Positions 45,438 to 57,674 of a stretch of 64,000 nucleotides of DNA are shown here, piece by piece. The stretch lies in contig JBAQTB010000001.1 in assembly GCA_049296775.1 (NCBI GenBank), positions 160,992-224,991 on the forward strand. The letters are read 5' to 3'. Within the stretch, counting starts at the first letter, position 1. The number at the start of each line of letters is the position of its first letter. Below the pieces are notes generated by a model that saw nothing but the letters and a program-made list of their open reading frames with translations, had not been told where the DNA came from and ran no database searches. This stretch comes from Patescibacteria group bacterium (lineage in GTDB: Bacteria; Patescibacteriota; Patescibacteriia; UBA9934). The position numbers were made by a program, and so were the translations under genes.

Positions 45438-46189
45438 AGTGATTGGTTAAAAACTCTTTCAGCCCGGGCTAATTCCTCCGGCGTATTAATCCCGATCACC
45501 TGCAGTGCATCAACCGTCTCTGTCACAATCGCGATTTGCGTCAATCTAGCTCGTTCGACCAAGTCAGTGAGGTAATATTCCCCGCCAGCGTTTTGATTGG
45601 TCAACAAATCTAAGTTTTCCCACACCCAAGGCGCTGGAAACACATAAATCGCCGGATTGAGTTCCAAAATTGCTCGCTCAGCCTCAGTAGCATCTTTGAA
45701 TTCGCGTAAATCAGTCACCTGACCGTCTGCATTACGTAGCACTCTACCCCACGCTTTGAAACCTTCATATTCACCGGCAAAATTTGGCACTGTGGCCGTC
45801 AACATGACCAAAGCATCTAAATTCTGCGCCGCTAACTCAACTAGGCTTCGCATGACGTCAGCCGGAATAAACGGATGATCTCCATACAGCACCAACACCT
45901 TATCAGCTTGCTGACACACGTCCCGTGCGGCTTTAAGAGCATGTCCTGTGCCAAGTGGCTCAGTCTGCAGCACAAAGTCCGCTCTGTCTCCTAGTGCCTG
46001 CCTAAAGAGCTCCAAGCTGTCAGGCGCAACCACCACCACCGGCTTGGTCTGAATCCCCGCAATTTCTACCCGATCCAGCAAATGCTCAATCATTGGCTTA
46101 CCCGCGACTTTCACCAACGGTTTAGGCACCTCTGCTTGCATACGCTTACCCTTGCCAGCCGCCAAAATCACCACTCTTGTGTCTGACAT
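45434..46189 (-). CDS. sugar-phosphate nucleotidyltransferase (GlmU N-terminal-domain-like)
   Basis: ILAAGKGKRM signature; YGDHPF; start at MSDTRVV. Confidence 0.6.
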   Translation of the reverse strand: MSDTRVVILAAGKGKRMQAEVPKPLVKVAGKPMIEHLLDRVEIAGIQTKPVVVVAPDSLELFRQALGDRADFVLQTEPLGTGHALKAARDVCQQADKVLVLYGDHPFIPADVMRSLVELAAQNLDALVMLTATVPNFAGEYEGFKAWGRVLRNADGQVTDLREFKDATEAERAILELNPAIYVFPAPWVWENLDLLTNQNAGGEYYLTDLVERARLTQIAIVTETVDALQVIGINTPEELARAERVFNQSL

Positions 46190-46341
46190 AGAATATCTGT
46201 CAACTTTTATACTGACATTATGCTGAACTCCCCCCATAAAGTAAAGCGTGGCTTAGATTAGGCAATAAATAGCTATAACGCGTTGACAAAAAGCTTATTT
46301 GCTAGTAAATAGGTCGTACCTGTTTTGACCTAGGAGGCGGA

Positions 46342-46662
46342 ATGACTGTCGACGCCATTTGCGAACGCCTGCGTAATTCAACCTTGGAAAACGGTGAATC
46401 CGTGCAGGTCACAGCTGGGTACCGCCTGGTTTTCATGCCTGGGCACAACAACTTCACCTACTACCTGCAGATCTACGTCATGCGGCATTCACTACCAACC
46501 TTCGTGACTTGGCGCGAGCTAGACCGAATCAAACTACCGATTACCATCGCTGCTGAGGCCACTTGGTTGGCCAAACAAATTGCGCAACACTTCGGACTGA
46601 TCGAAATCGTCCAAGAAACCATCAAACCGGAAAACAAACTATTCGAACTGATCGATGTCTAA
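46342..46662 (+). CDS. small hypothetical protein
   Basis: Strong RBS TAGGAGGCGGAATG; terminator follows. Confidence 0.4.
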   Translation: MTVDAICERLRNSTLENGESVQVTAGYRLVFMPGHNNFTYYLQIYVMRHSLPTFVTWRELDRIKLPITIAAEATWLAKQIAQHFGLIEIVQETIKPENKLFELIDV

Positions 46663-46672
46663 AGAAATACGC

Positions 46673-46722
46673 TACCCCGCACTGTGAAGGGCCCGCCCCA
46701 ACACCTTGCGGGGTATTTTTTG
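46673..46722 (+). terminator. rho-independent terminator
   Basis: CCCCGCA...TGCGGGG followed by TATTTTTTGT. Confidence 0.5.
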
Positions 46723-46740
46723 TATTCGATATAAACAAAA

Positions 46741-46772
46741 AAGCCGAGCCTGAGCTCGGGTTTATTGTTATA
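46741..46772 (-). terminator. rRNA-operon terminator after 5S
   Basis: Minus strand: CCGAGC-TCAG-GCTCGG followed by CTTTTTTGTTT. Confidence 0.55.
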
Positions 46773-46775
46773 AAA

Positions 46776-46896
46776 AGTCTCATTGTCCTGGCGACAACCT
46801 ACTCTCGCCACTCTTGACTACCATCGGCTCATGCAGGCTTAACGACCGTGTTCGAGATGGGAACGGGTGTGGCCCTGCAGAAAGTGTCACCAAGAC
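46776..46896 (-). rRNA. rrf: 5S ribosomal RNA
   Basis: Reverse complement contains CCGATGGTAGT and GCGAGAGTAGG 5S motifs; ends approximate. Confidence 0.8.
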
Positions 46897-47094
46897 AATA
46901 CTACCTTTTATCGGAAACAATCCAAGTTTTTCATCTACGTTGTCAGAAACCTCCGTCGGACTCACCATAGGATTTACCTACACCTCGTCCTTACTCGGTT
47001 TCTTCCTAGTAGCTGATAAAACTTAATTATTTCCGTCGTAATGACTCGTTATAGAGGAAAGTAACCATCATTGCTGCGCTCAACTTTTGAGCCG

Positions 47095-50148
<3,054 letters not shown>

Positions 50149-50404
50149 TGAAGAAATCGTGATACATTAATGATGGTTATTTTTTCTCTATAATCATCTT
50201 ATTCGACGTATTCAATTGTGAACGTTCAGAAGTGAACTTTCGACTTGTCCCGGACGTATCCGAGGGATCCATCAAAGGGTCGCTTCTGAAGGGGACGATT
50301 CCCCGTAAATTGCTGCGGAATAGTATCGAATCTAATAAGGACTGTCAAGCACTGGGGTGTGAAGTGAATTTAGCCCTTGAATCTGAAGTTTTTCTCTGCT
50401 AATC

Positions 50405-50836
50405 TTGGCTCTTATGTTTAAGATCACCTTTATTTCCGTAGGCGGGCTACCCAAGGGCCCTCTTGATAACCTGGGGACTGATTTTGCAACCCGTTTGAAA
50501 AAATTCACTGAAATAGACTTCCGCACTATCAAAACAGCCGACCGCATCAAGGAGACCATCCCGAAGGGTAGCTACGTGGTAGTTCTAGAAGCGACTGGCA
50601 AACAATTTACTTCAGAAACCTTTGCAACCAAACTACAAAACTTAGTCGATACCGGACAAAGGCTGTGTATCATTTTAGGTGGGCCGTTTGGCGTGCCTGC
50701 TGAGATCAAAAACTCTGCCGATCTGCTCCTGTCCCTCTCCCCCATGACCACTACTCACGATCTGGCACATATTTTCTTACTAGAACAACTTTACCGCGCC
50801 TTCACGATCACAAAAGGCATGACGTATCATTACTAG
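50405..50836 (+). CDS. rlmH: 23S rRNA (pseudouridine1915-N3)-methyltransferase RlmH (SPOUT)
   Basis: 143 aa; RlmH-like length; conserved ILGGPFGV and C-terminal ..KGMTYHY. Confidence 0.8.
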   Translation: MALMFKITFISVGGLPKGPLDNLGTDFATRLKKFTEIDFRTIKTADRIKETIPKGSYVVVLEATGKQFTSETFATKLQNLVDTGQRLCIILGGPFGVPAEIKNSADLLLSLSPMTTTHDLAHIFLLEQLYRAFTITKGMTYHY

Positions 50837-50847
50837 TTACACACGAC

Positions 50848-51291
50848 TTAGCATGACCTGAGCAGGTCGCCCCTGCGGGCCTCCTCCGACGCCCCCTTAT
50901 TCCCCCTCTTCAACAGAGGGGGCGTGCTGGCTCGTGAATGGATCGATGACTTAAGGCGTTGTAAAACGTTATCGATATCGGTAAAAATTTCGTCGTTAGT
51001 AAAACGGATAGTTAATAAACCAAGGCCTGCAAAATAGGCCGTCCGTTCATGGTCGTAAACGCGGGCCTCAAGCGAGTTGTGATAACCGCCATCAACCTCA
51101 ATGACCAACCGCAAACTGGGTACATAAAAATCTGCAATATACTTACCAATGTTGTACTGACGTCTAAACACCGTATCCAAAACCTGCCGACTACGCACAC
51201 GATTCCAAAACATCTGTTCAGCCTTAGTTGGTTGATTTCTTAAATCTCGGCGCCGTTCTTTGCTCCATGCTTGATTAAATATCTTCGTCAT
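50848..51291 (-). CDS. DUF559 endonuclease-domain protein (Vsr-like fold)
   Basis: DFYVPSLRLVIEVDGGYH DUF559 signature; framed by inverted repeats. Confidence 0.7.
   Translation of the reverse strand: MTKIFNQAWSKERRRDLRNQPTKAEQMFWNRVRSRQVLDTVFRRQYNIGKYIADFYVPSLRLVIEVDGGYHNSLEARVYDHERTAYFAGLGLLTIRFTNDEIFTDIDNVLQRLKSSIHSRASTPPLLKRGNKGASEEARRGDLLRSC
50888..50924. repeat. left inverted repeat (24-bp perfect core GACGCCCCCTTATTCCCCCTCTTC + hairpin) flanking the DUF559 gene
   Basis: Reverse complement matches 51330-51353 exactly; adjacent CCCCCTCTT-caac-AGAGGGGG hairpin. Confidence 0.8.
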
Positions 51292-51310
51292 ACTGCGATT
51301 AATTACGAGT

Positions 51311-51353
51311 GGCTCGCTCCCCCTCTTGCGAAGAGGGGGAATAAGGGGGCGTC
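51311..51353. repeat. right inverted repeat (GAAGAGGGGGAATAAGGGGGCGTC + hairpin)
   Basis: Perfect reverse complement of 50888-50911; CCCCCTCTT-gcg-AAGAGGGGG hairpin. Confidence 0.8.
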
Positions 51354-51501
51354 GTGACGCGCTGCAAGTCAGCTTACGAGCCTAAAAACAACTCAAACTC
51401 CACCAAATAAATGGGGAGTTTGAGATGTATCGCCGAGCCTTAGAGTAAGGCTATAACATCAAAGGTTATCTTAACTGTCAAACTTTTAATTGTGTATGAA
51501 A

Positions 51502-52326
51502 CTATTCAGCTGGTGGCGTGAACTGTACCGGCGAGATGTAAAGAGGTGTCGAGCCGTTCCATTTCTTCAGGATCTCGTACTGAAGGTAAGCTTCATTGCC
51601 GTTTAGGATGGGGCCGAGCAATTTGATTCTGGCGATTTCGGCATCCGTCATGGTGGTCTGTGTTTCCGCTTCAACTTTAGCGGTCTGACGTTTGATCTTG
51701 GCAAGTTCCAGCTCTTTATTCGCCATGGCCTGCGCCACTAAGGCGTCTTCAAACGCAGCAGAAAAACCAACGTCGATCACGGCGACCTCGTCAATGACGA
51801 CACCGCTATCCGTTAATTGTAAGTTGATCGCGTCTAAGGCGGCCTGACTAAAAGCGGCTCTGTAAGTGACAAGATCTTCAGCTATAAATTGAGCGGCAGC
51901 AATGTTGACCGCCTCTTTCACAGCTGGATCAAGCATAACCTCTTCAACCTGCCGACCCACCGACGCATACAACTCATGCAATTTATCAGCTTCAAGGCGG
52001 TAACCCAAAGTAAGTTTTACCGTCACTAACTGCATGTCCTTAGTGACTACACCCACTGAAACATCATGTGATTGAGTACGGGTATCGAATTGATGGACGC
52101 GTAATAATGGGTATTTGAACTGGAAGCCTGGCTTGAACTCCTCAGACTGTAAATCGCCCATGAAAGTTGCCACGCCCTGATGTCCGACCGGAATGAAAAC
52201 GACTGGAGAAAAGATTATAGCTAAAGTTACTAAAATTACGGCTGCCACTGACCACGGAAACCAGAGTGACCGTGTCAGACCGCGCTTAACTGGTTGTTCC
52301 TCAGGAGAATCATCAAAGAAATTCAT
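51502..52326 (-). CDS. SPFH/band-7 (prohibitin/HflK-like) membrane protein
   Basis: N-terminal TM followed by SPFH domain GHQGVATFMG..FQFKYPLL. Confidence 0.7.
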   Translation of the reverse strand: MNFFDDSPEEQPVKRGLTRSLWFPWSVAAVILVTLAIIFSPVVFIPVGHQGVATFMGDLQSEEFKPGFQFKYPLLRVHQFDTRTQSHDVSVGVVTKDMQLVTVKLTLGYRLEADKLHELYASVGRQVEEVMLDPAVKEAVNIAAAQFIAEDLVTYRAAFSQAALDAINLQLTDSGVVIDEVAVIDVGFSAAFEDALVAQAMANKELELAKIKRQTAKVEAETQTTMTDAEIARIKLLGPILNGNEAYLQYEILKKWNGSTPLYISPVQFTPPAE

Positions 52327-52360
52327 AGTGTCCGCATCTTGCTGCGGACAACGGAGATCG

Positions 52361-52993
52361 TCAAGTATGTTTGGGCAAACGAGATAAGAATGCTTTTAAC
52401 AAATAGTCGACCTCAACATTAACTTTCTCCCCCACGCTCTTCTGACCCAAAGTTGTTACCGCTAAGGTATGCGGTAAAACGTAAACATCGAAACAAAAAG
52501 TTTGTGGGCAAGTACTGCCGGGCTGGAGCTCTGGATACGCCACCGGTTCACAAACCGTCAGACTCACGCCATCTAGCGTAATCGAACCCTTATGTACGAT
52601 CTGCTGCCCAACCTCTGATGACACCCAAAACCGCACGCGCGTATTTTCACCCACTGTGTCTTTGGACAAAATTTCGGCCGTGCCGTCTACGTGTCCCTGG
52701 ACCAAATGACCGCCCAACTCATCGCCTATACGTAAAGGAGTTTCAATACACACGCTGTCGCCTACTTTCAACGATCCAAAAGTAGACAGACGCAAAGTTT
52801 CTGACATGACCTCAAAAGTCAGACCGTCAGGCTCAATGTTTGTGATCGTTAAACATACCCCACTGACCGCAACACTGCCACCAATAGTTGGATTTGGCAC
52901 CAAGACTCCAACCTCGATTTTTAAAACTTGATAATCTGGGCGATTATCTACCGCAAGTATTCTGCCAAGGCCTTTAACGATGCCTGTAAACAT
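52361..52993 (-). CDS. ribE: riboflavin synthase
   Basis: MFTGIV start; two lumazine-binding repeats. Confidence 0.85.
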   Translation of the reverse strand: MFTGIVKGLGRILAVDNRPDYQVLKIEVGVLVPNPTIGGSVAVSGVCLTITNIEPDGLTFEVMSETLRLSTFGSLKVGDSVCIETPLRIGDELGGHLVQGHVDGTAEILSKDTVGENTRVRFWVSSEVGQQIVHKGSITLDGVSLTVCEPVAYPELQPGSTCPQTFCFDVYVLPHTLAVTTLGQKSVGEKVNVEVDYLLKAFLSRLPKHT

Positions 52994-53008
52994 AATCCGA
53001 TAGCTTGT

Positions 53009-53605
53009 CTACTTAATAATGTCAGCGTATTCGTCTGCCAAAGACATGCCGGGCGCATAAATAATTGGCTCATTTGCGACCTTCAAAATAGCCTCCAGAA
53101 TGACGGGCTGTTGTTCAGCCTCAAAATGACCACCCACTGCTGGTGTCACCAAATCGGCATGGAAAACCTGCGCGTATTTGTCGGCATGGGCCACCGGAAT
53201 CACCGCGTCATCTTGCGCATGGACCACCACAAATTTGGAAGCGCGCCACATTAAGACATCGTGATCTAATTCGGTCAAAAAGAAACTGCGGAACTTTTCA
53301 TCTTTAATCATCCAGGGGGTCGAAATCAAGACGCAGGCATGCGGCGTAGTTCTGGCCTCGGCCGCCTCCAGTAAACGCAAAGCCGATGCTCCACCCAAAC
53401 TATGACCAACGATAATATCCTGATCAGACAAAGGGCCAACCGCCTCTAATAAAGCCTTAGTCCAGGCATCACGGTCTGGATTTTCAGCGTCCGGCAATTC
53501 CGGCATCAAAACTTCAAAGCGGTGGTCTGTCAGCGCACGCTGCAACCACGGCCAGAAATGAGTTTTAGGTGAGGCTTTAAAGCCGTGGACTAAGATAATA
53601 CGCAT
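53009..53605 (-). CDS. alpha/beta-fold serine hydrolase (YdeN-like)
   Basis: MRIILVHGF start; GHSLGG nucleophile; the track's 60-aa N-terminal extension looks non-coding. Confidence 0.6.
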   Translation of the reverse strand: MRIILVHGFKASPKTHFWPWLQRALTDHRFEVLMPELPDAENPDRDAWTKALLEAVGPLSDQDIIVGHSLGGASALRLLEAAEARTTPHACVLISTPWMIKDEKFRSFFLTELDHDVLMWRASKFVVVHAQDDAVIPVAHADKYAQVFHADLVTPAVGGHFEAEQQPVILEAILKVANEPIIYAPGMSLADEYADIIK

Positions 53606-53702
53606 ATTTGCGACCGAGCCTAACACAAACCCGCAAAAAACGGAACTCCCACAGTATAAAAAGAAAGATCGCTGCCCTGGACTCAGGCAGCGATCAAGTA
53701 GG

Positions 53703-54380
53703 TTATGAGTCAGCAAGGAGCTCACGCAACTGGTGCACATTGACCGCCGAATGCCAATGATTGAAGTCACTAGCACTGAGCGCATGATGCTTGCCCTCTG
53801 GCCAGGCGACTCGGATGCGCCTCACTCCAGTCAGAGCACGACGCACCAGCTCCAACCACTTCTGATTATCATCAATCAAGGTCACCCGAGCTTCTCGCAG
53901 GTACGGCCGGATACAATCCGACTTATCCGCTTTGGGCGACACACAGTGCCGGTCCTGGATCTGAAATAAATTCTCCAGGCCCAGTAGACTGAACTTCCAC
54001 ACCTGGTAACCGATGTCACCACTCGTGATGAGTACCAGCCTGACTCCGAGTGCTTGTCGCTCCTCCAAGAATTCACGTATGCCGGGATACAGCAAGTCCC
54101 TAGCTTCTCCTTGCACATGCTTGGTCAATTTCTCCTGCAGAGCCGACCTCTCAGATGGCTCTAAGTCCAACTTCTCAAACCAAGCTTGGGGCGAGAAAAG
54201 CTCCTGCCTAACCTGCTCAAAAGTCGCCAAGACCTGCTCGGGTGAACGGCTAGAATGTTCAGCGACGAAGCCGCAGACCAAGCTCACGAACTTCATCGTT
54301 CTCAAAATCGTATCGTCCAGATCCCAGCACTCAACAAGGGAACATGCAGACATGATGACCTCCGAGAAATAGACGACCAC
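53703..54380 (-). CDS. HAD-superfamily hydrolase
   Basis: Motif I CWDLDDTIL; Rossmannoid layout. Confidence 0.5.
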   Translation of the reverse strand: MVVYFSEVIMSACSLVECWDLDDTILRTMKFVSLVCGFVAEHSSRSPEQVLATFEQVRQELFSPQAWFEKLDLEPSERSALQEKLTKHVQGEARDLLYPGIREFLEERQALGVRLVLITSGDIGYQVWKFSLLGLENLFQIQDRHCVSPKADKSDCIRPYLREARVTLIDDNQKWLELVRRALTGVRRIRVAWPEGKHHALSASDFNHWHSAVNVHQLRELLADS

Positions 54381-54436
54381 AGGCTAACACGCCGGCTTTA
54401 AAAAGCAAAATCCCCTTCACTGAGGGGATGTTGTGG

Positions 54437-54580
54437 TATTCGACTTGCTTCGCGCTCCTGCTGGTCGGAGACCATGAGCGAGCGATGCCTGACGATAAGC
54501 CCTTCGATGAACTCAGGGCATTCGACTCACTTCGTCTTCCCAAGTGGTCGGAGACCATGAGCGAACGAAGTGAGTCGAAT
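54437..54580. repeat. tandem ~83-bp repeat (two units) with a 16-bp perfect inverted-repeat hairpin abutting the tRNA-Leu 3' end
   Basis: 20-bp direct repeat TGGTCGGAGACCATGAGCGA at 54462-54481 and 54545-54564; ATTCGACTCACTTCGT (54520-54535) / ACGAAGTGAGTCGAAT (54565-54580); diverged copy ATTCGACTTGCTTCGCG at 54437. Confidence 0.7.
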
Positions 54581-54664
54581 GGTGGGCGAGGAGGGACTTG
54601 AACCCTCACGACCGAAGTCACATGCTCCTAAGGCATGCGTGTATGCCAATTTCACCACTCGCCC
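54580..54664 (-). tRNA. tRNA-Leu (anticodon TAG), class II with long variable arm
   Basis: Reverse complement GGGCGAGTGGTGAAATTGGCATACAC G CATGC-CTTAGGA-GCATG, long variable arm, GAGGG-TTCAAGT-CCCTC, CTCGCCC-ACCA. Confidence 0.85.
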
Positions 54665-54996
54665 GCTACTAAAACCTATCCAAGTTTGCCGGCTACGTTG
54701 TCGGTGACTTCCGTCGGATTCGCCGTATATCTATATACGCCTCACCCTTACTCAGTCCCCTCCTAGTATCCGACAAACTTAATAGGTTTTCTTGTGCACC
54801 TGAGTAAAGTTAAATCGTCGGTATCTTAACAGAAAACTGGGAAATAGTCTAGGGTGGGAGACTTATCCACCTTGGATAGTTGATGAATTTAGAACTTGGT
54901 GGTGGAATAAAAGCACAATCAGACTCCCCATTACTTAATCGTGATGGGGAGTTTCTGTTTGTCATGGCGCCGTGTTCATTCACAACTTATTAACTT

Positions 54997-57186
54997 ATGA
55001 TGAAAAGCTATGGATTCCTTGGATTCATCGGGCTCACCGGTTTGTCCGCTATGTTTGCTCTATCCGCCAGTGCGCAAGACGCACCCCACGTCTACATCTC
55101 AGAAATCAACTGGGCCGGATCGAGCCTCTCAACATCAGACGAATGGCTAGAGCTAGTCAACGTAGGTACAGAAGCTGTCGACCTCTCTCATTATGTGCTG
55201 ACAGGTACAGCCACAGGCGACGGAGCAATAGAAATCGCCGAAGGGACATTATTACCCGCTGGAAAAACCTTGTTAATCGCTAATTACGCTGCAAACGACC
55301 CTAAATCAACTCTCCTCATTTCCCCAGATCTCGTTACGACCGCGATTTCCCTACCGAATAGTGCACTCGAGATTTTCCTTACCACTCCAGAGGGAGTAGT
55401 TATAGATAGTTACAGCGATAGCGGCACTCCAGATTACGGAGCCAATAACCCTAGCACTTCTATTGAACGTCAACTCACTGATCTCAGCTGGAACTCCAGC
55501 CAAAGCTCAAGCGGGCTAAGTGTAGCCGCGCAACTTGGAACTCCGGGTAGCGTGAACTTGCCAACCCCAATTGTCATTGATGACCCAGCACCAGTTGAAC
55601 CCGAGCCAGCAACAGAACCAGAGCCCGAACCGGTCATCATTATCGACCCTCCGGCAGAAGTTCCCGAACCCGTAGTGGTCACGGACATTAGCTGTCCACC
55701 ACCGGTAATTCCGGTATGTCCGGAAACTATTCTTGTTCAAGATAGTGTTCCAGTCACGCCAGCTATCAGCACACCCGCAGAACCGGTAGTAATTATAGAA
55801 TCTCCGGTGGTTACAGAGGAAAATCCAATTATCGACCTACCAGAAACCAGCACAGAAGTGCCGGTCGTGCCAGTGGTGGATACACCTAGTGTTCAAAAAA
55901 TCCTGCCAGGAGAGCTAGTCATCAATGAACTCGTCAGCGATCCACTGGACGGTGTTGAGTGGGTAGAATTCCGCAATCAGAGCACTCGTACTCTCGATCT
56001 AACTGGCAGCACCTTATTAGACGCCAGCGAACGTGTGTCCGAACTGCCAGACGTGGAACTTGCACCTGACGCCTTAGTGGTGATCGAAAATCCGAACGGC
56101 AATCTCAACAATGGGAGCGAGACCATCTCACTGTTCGACTCATATGGGACTTTGCTCGACACAATATCTTATGGCTCGGACCAAATTCCAGCCCCACAGG
56201 ACGGTGAGTCCTTGGCTAGGAATGAAGTCGGTGCGTGGCTAATTACCACCGCCACATATCAGCAACCGAATATCTTCAGCATCGAGTCCGGCACAGTACT
56301 CACACCAACTGAACAAGTCTCCGATCCTTCTGACTCTACAGATAATCAAACTTATGAAACGAACTCAAACGACGCTAATTCCCCTCTCGGCGATTCTGGA
56401 ACCGCTCCGGAAGGAGTGGCAGCGACTAACGACGCTGGAGCTGCCTCAGCCGAACCCATTCACCGGATTGTGGCGATTGCGAAATCCATAAGCGCTAGCG
56501 TGCAACCTGCCGCTAAGACCACCAAAGCCAAAGACGCCGCTCAAGCTACTGTCATTAGCGGCACTGTCGCAACCTTGCCAGGCACTTTTGGCAAGCAAAC
56601 CCTGTTCTTGGACGGCTACGAAGTGTACTTCAATGCGGCCACGTGGCCAGAACTAGCCGTGGGCGATATCGTGCAAATGAGCGGCACAAATGGCGTCAGT
56701 AATGGCGCGACCCGACTCAAGCTTGCGAATGCAGAAGCCATCAGCATTACTGGCCACACCGATCTTGTACCTACACCGTTGGATGGCAGTGAAATTAGTA
56801 CCGCTAAACATGGCTCGCTAGTCTCCGTCTCTGGCACAGTGACCGGTAAATCCGGAGATAAACTCATCATTCTGACAGAAGATGGCACCCAAATTACCGC
56901 CGTCAGCAACAAACGCACTGGCGCGAACTGGAGTGACGTACAAAGCGGCTCAATTATTGTGAGCGGCATTCTGAAACACACCGACTCGGGGACCACACTC
57001 AACATTCGAGACAAAGAAGATATTCACTTCACTCCTAGTCAAACCGCTACCATCACACAACTACAGAAACCCAAAGTCAAAACTAGTCCCCTAGTCGGTG
57101 GCGGCCTGTTAACTGGCAGCCTAGGCGCACTTGGAACTTGGTACATTCGCACACGTATGGGTCTACTGACCTGGTTACCCTTCTAA
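54997..57186 (+). CDS. cell-surface protein with two lamin-tail domains (LTD), Pro/Glu-rich linker and C-terminal membrane anchor
   Basis: Signal peptide; LTD motifs YISEINWAGS..DEWLELVN and LVINELVSDP..VEWVEFRN; PEPEPATEPEPEP linker; C-terminal hydrophobic GGGLLTGSLGALGTWYI. Confidence 0.7.
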   Translation: MMKSYGFLGFIGLTGLSAMFALSASAQDAPHVYISEINWAGSSLSTSDEWLELVNVGTEAVDLSHYVLTGTATGDGAIEIAEGTLLPAGKTLLIANYAANDPKSTLLISPDLVTTAISLPNSALEIFLTTPEGVVIDSYSDSGTPDYGANNPSTSIERQLTDLSWNSSQSSSGLSVAAQLGTPGSVNLPTPIVIDDPAPVEPEPATEPEPEPVIIIDPPAEVPEPVVVTDISCPPPVIPVCPETILVQDSVPVTPAISTPAEPVVIIESPVVTEENPIIDLPETSTEVPVVPVVDTPSVQKILPGELVINELVSDPLDGVEWVEFRNQSTRTLDLTGSTLLDASERVSELPDVELAPDALVVIENPNGNLNNGSETISLFDSYGTLLDTISYGSDQIPAPQDGESLARNEVGAWLITTATYQQPNIFSIESGTVLTPTEQVSDPSDSTDNQTYETNSNDANSPLGDSGTAPEGVAATNDAGAASAEPIHRIVAIAKSISASVQPAAKTTKAKDAAQATVISGTVATLPGTFGKQTLFLDGYEVYFNAATWPELAVGDIVQMSGTNGVSNGATRLKLANAEAISITGHTDLVPTPLDGSEISTAKHGSLVSVSGTVTGKSGDKLIILTEDGTQITAVSNKRTGANWSDVQSGSIIVSGILKHTDSGTTLNIRDKEDIHFTPSQTATITQLQKPKVKTSPLVGGGLLTGSLGALGTWYIRTRMGLLTWLPF

Positions 57187-57208
57187 TTTTATCCTTCACT
57201 AAACGAAT

Positions 57209-57451
57209 ATGACCGCAGATGCAAACAAGCAGAACTGGTTAGACAAATTGACTGAGCGCTTTGATAGCCTCATGACTAAGTTTGATATGCCAGAAGATAT
57301 GCGCCATGAACTTGAATCTTTTGTGCTCACAGTAGCTAAGGAGCAATACATTTCTGGCAACAAGTCTGGAATCTCATGGCTCCGCAAACAGGTGGGCGCT
57401 AAACCAGGCCAACTTCTAGCCGCCATTGATGCCCCAGCGCAAACCGCTTAA
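57209..57451 (+). CDS. small hypothetical protein
   Basis: 80-aa ORF followed by a terminator. Confidence 0.35.
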   Translation: MTADANKQNWLDKLTERFDSLMTKFDMPEDMRHELESFVLTVAKEQYISGNKSGISWLRKQVGAKPGQLLAAIDAPAQTA

Positions 57452-57473
57452 ACGTTAAGAACGGTAAATCGCA

Positions 57474-57503
57474 AAAACCAGCCATGCACTTGGCTGGTTT
57501 TTG
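57474..57503 (+). terminator. rho-independent terminator
   Basis: CCAGCCA-tgcact-TGGCTGG followed by TTTTT. Confidence 0.55.
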
Positions 57504-57530
57504 ACGTCCGTGGCCTGTCATGTTACTGTA
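57502..57530 (+). promoter_or_regulatory. putative sigma70 promoter for tRNA-Gly (TTGACG - 17 nt - TACTGT)
   Basis: -35 at 57502-57507 overlaps the terminator T-run; -10 at 57525-57530; tRNA starts at 57542. Confidence 0.35.
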
Positions 57531-57541
57531 TTTGGCGCATG

Positions 57542-57616
57542 CGGCGGTAGTTCAGTGGTAGAACATCTCCTTGCCAAGGAGAGGGTCGCCGGTTCGAGCC
57601 CGGTCCGCCGCTCCAA
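57542..57616 (+). tRNA. tRNA-Gly (anticodon GCC)
   Basis: GCGGCGGTAGTTCAGTGGTAGAAC A TCTCC-TTGCCAA-GGAGA GGGTC GCCGG-TTCGAGC-CCGGT CCGCCGC T CCA. Confidence 0.9.
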
Positions 57617-57620
57617 AAAA

Positions 57621-57646
57621 CTTCGACTTCGGTCGAGGTTTTTTGT
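57621..57646 (+). terminator. tRNA-Gly terminator (UUCG-capped hairpin + T-run)
   Basis: ACTTCGAC-TTCG-GTCGAGGT followed by TTTTTTG. Confidence 0.55.
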
Positions 57647-57674
57647 TTAGCTATGCTATAATTAGCCCAAGATT

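Noticed and set aside
46563-47026. ORFs 46563..46817 +, 46780..46968 -, 46814..47026 + over the 5S rRNA and spacer
   Set aside because: They overlap the 5S gene and terminators.
53606-53785. 60-aa N-terminal extension of the alpha/beta hydrolase ORF (53009..53785)
   Set aside because: Cys/Ser-rich non-protein-like sequence overlapping the HAD gene; MRIILVHGF is the plausible start.
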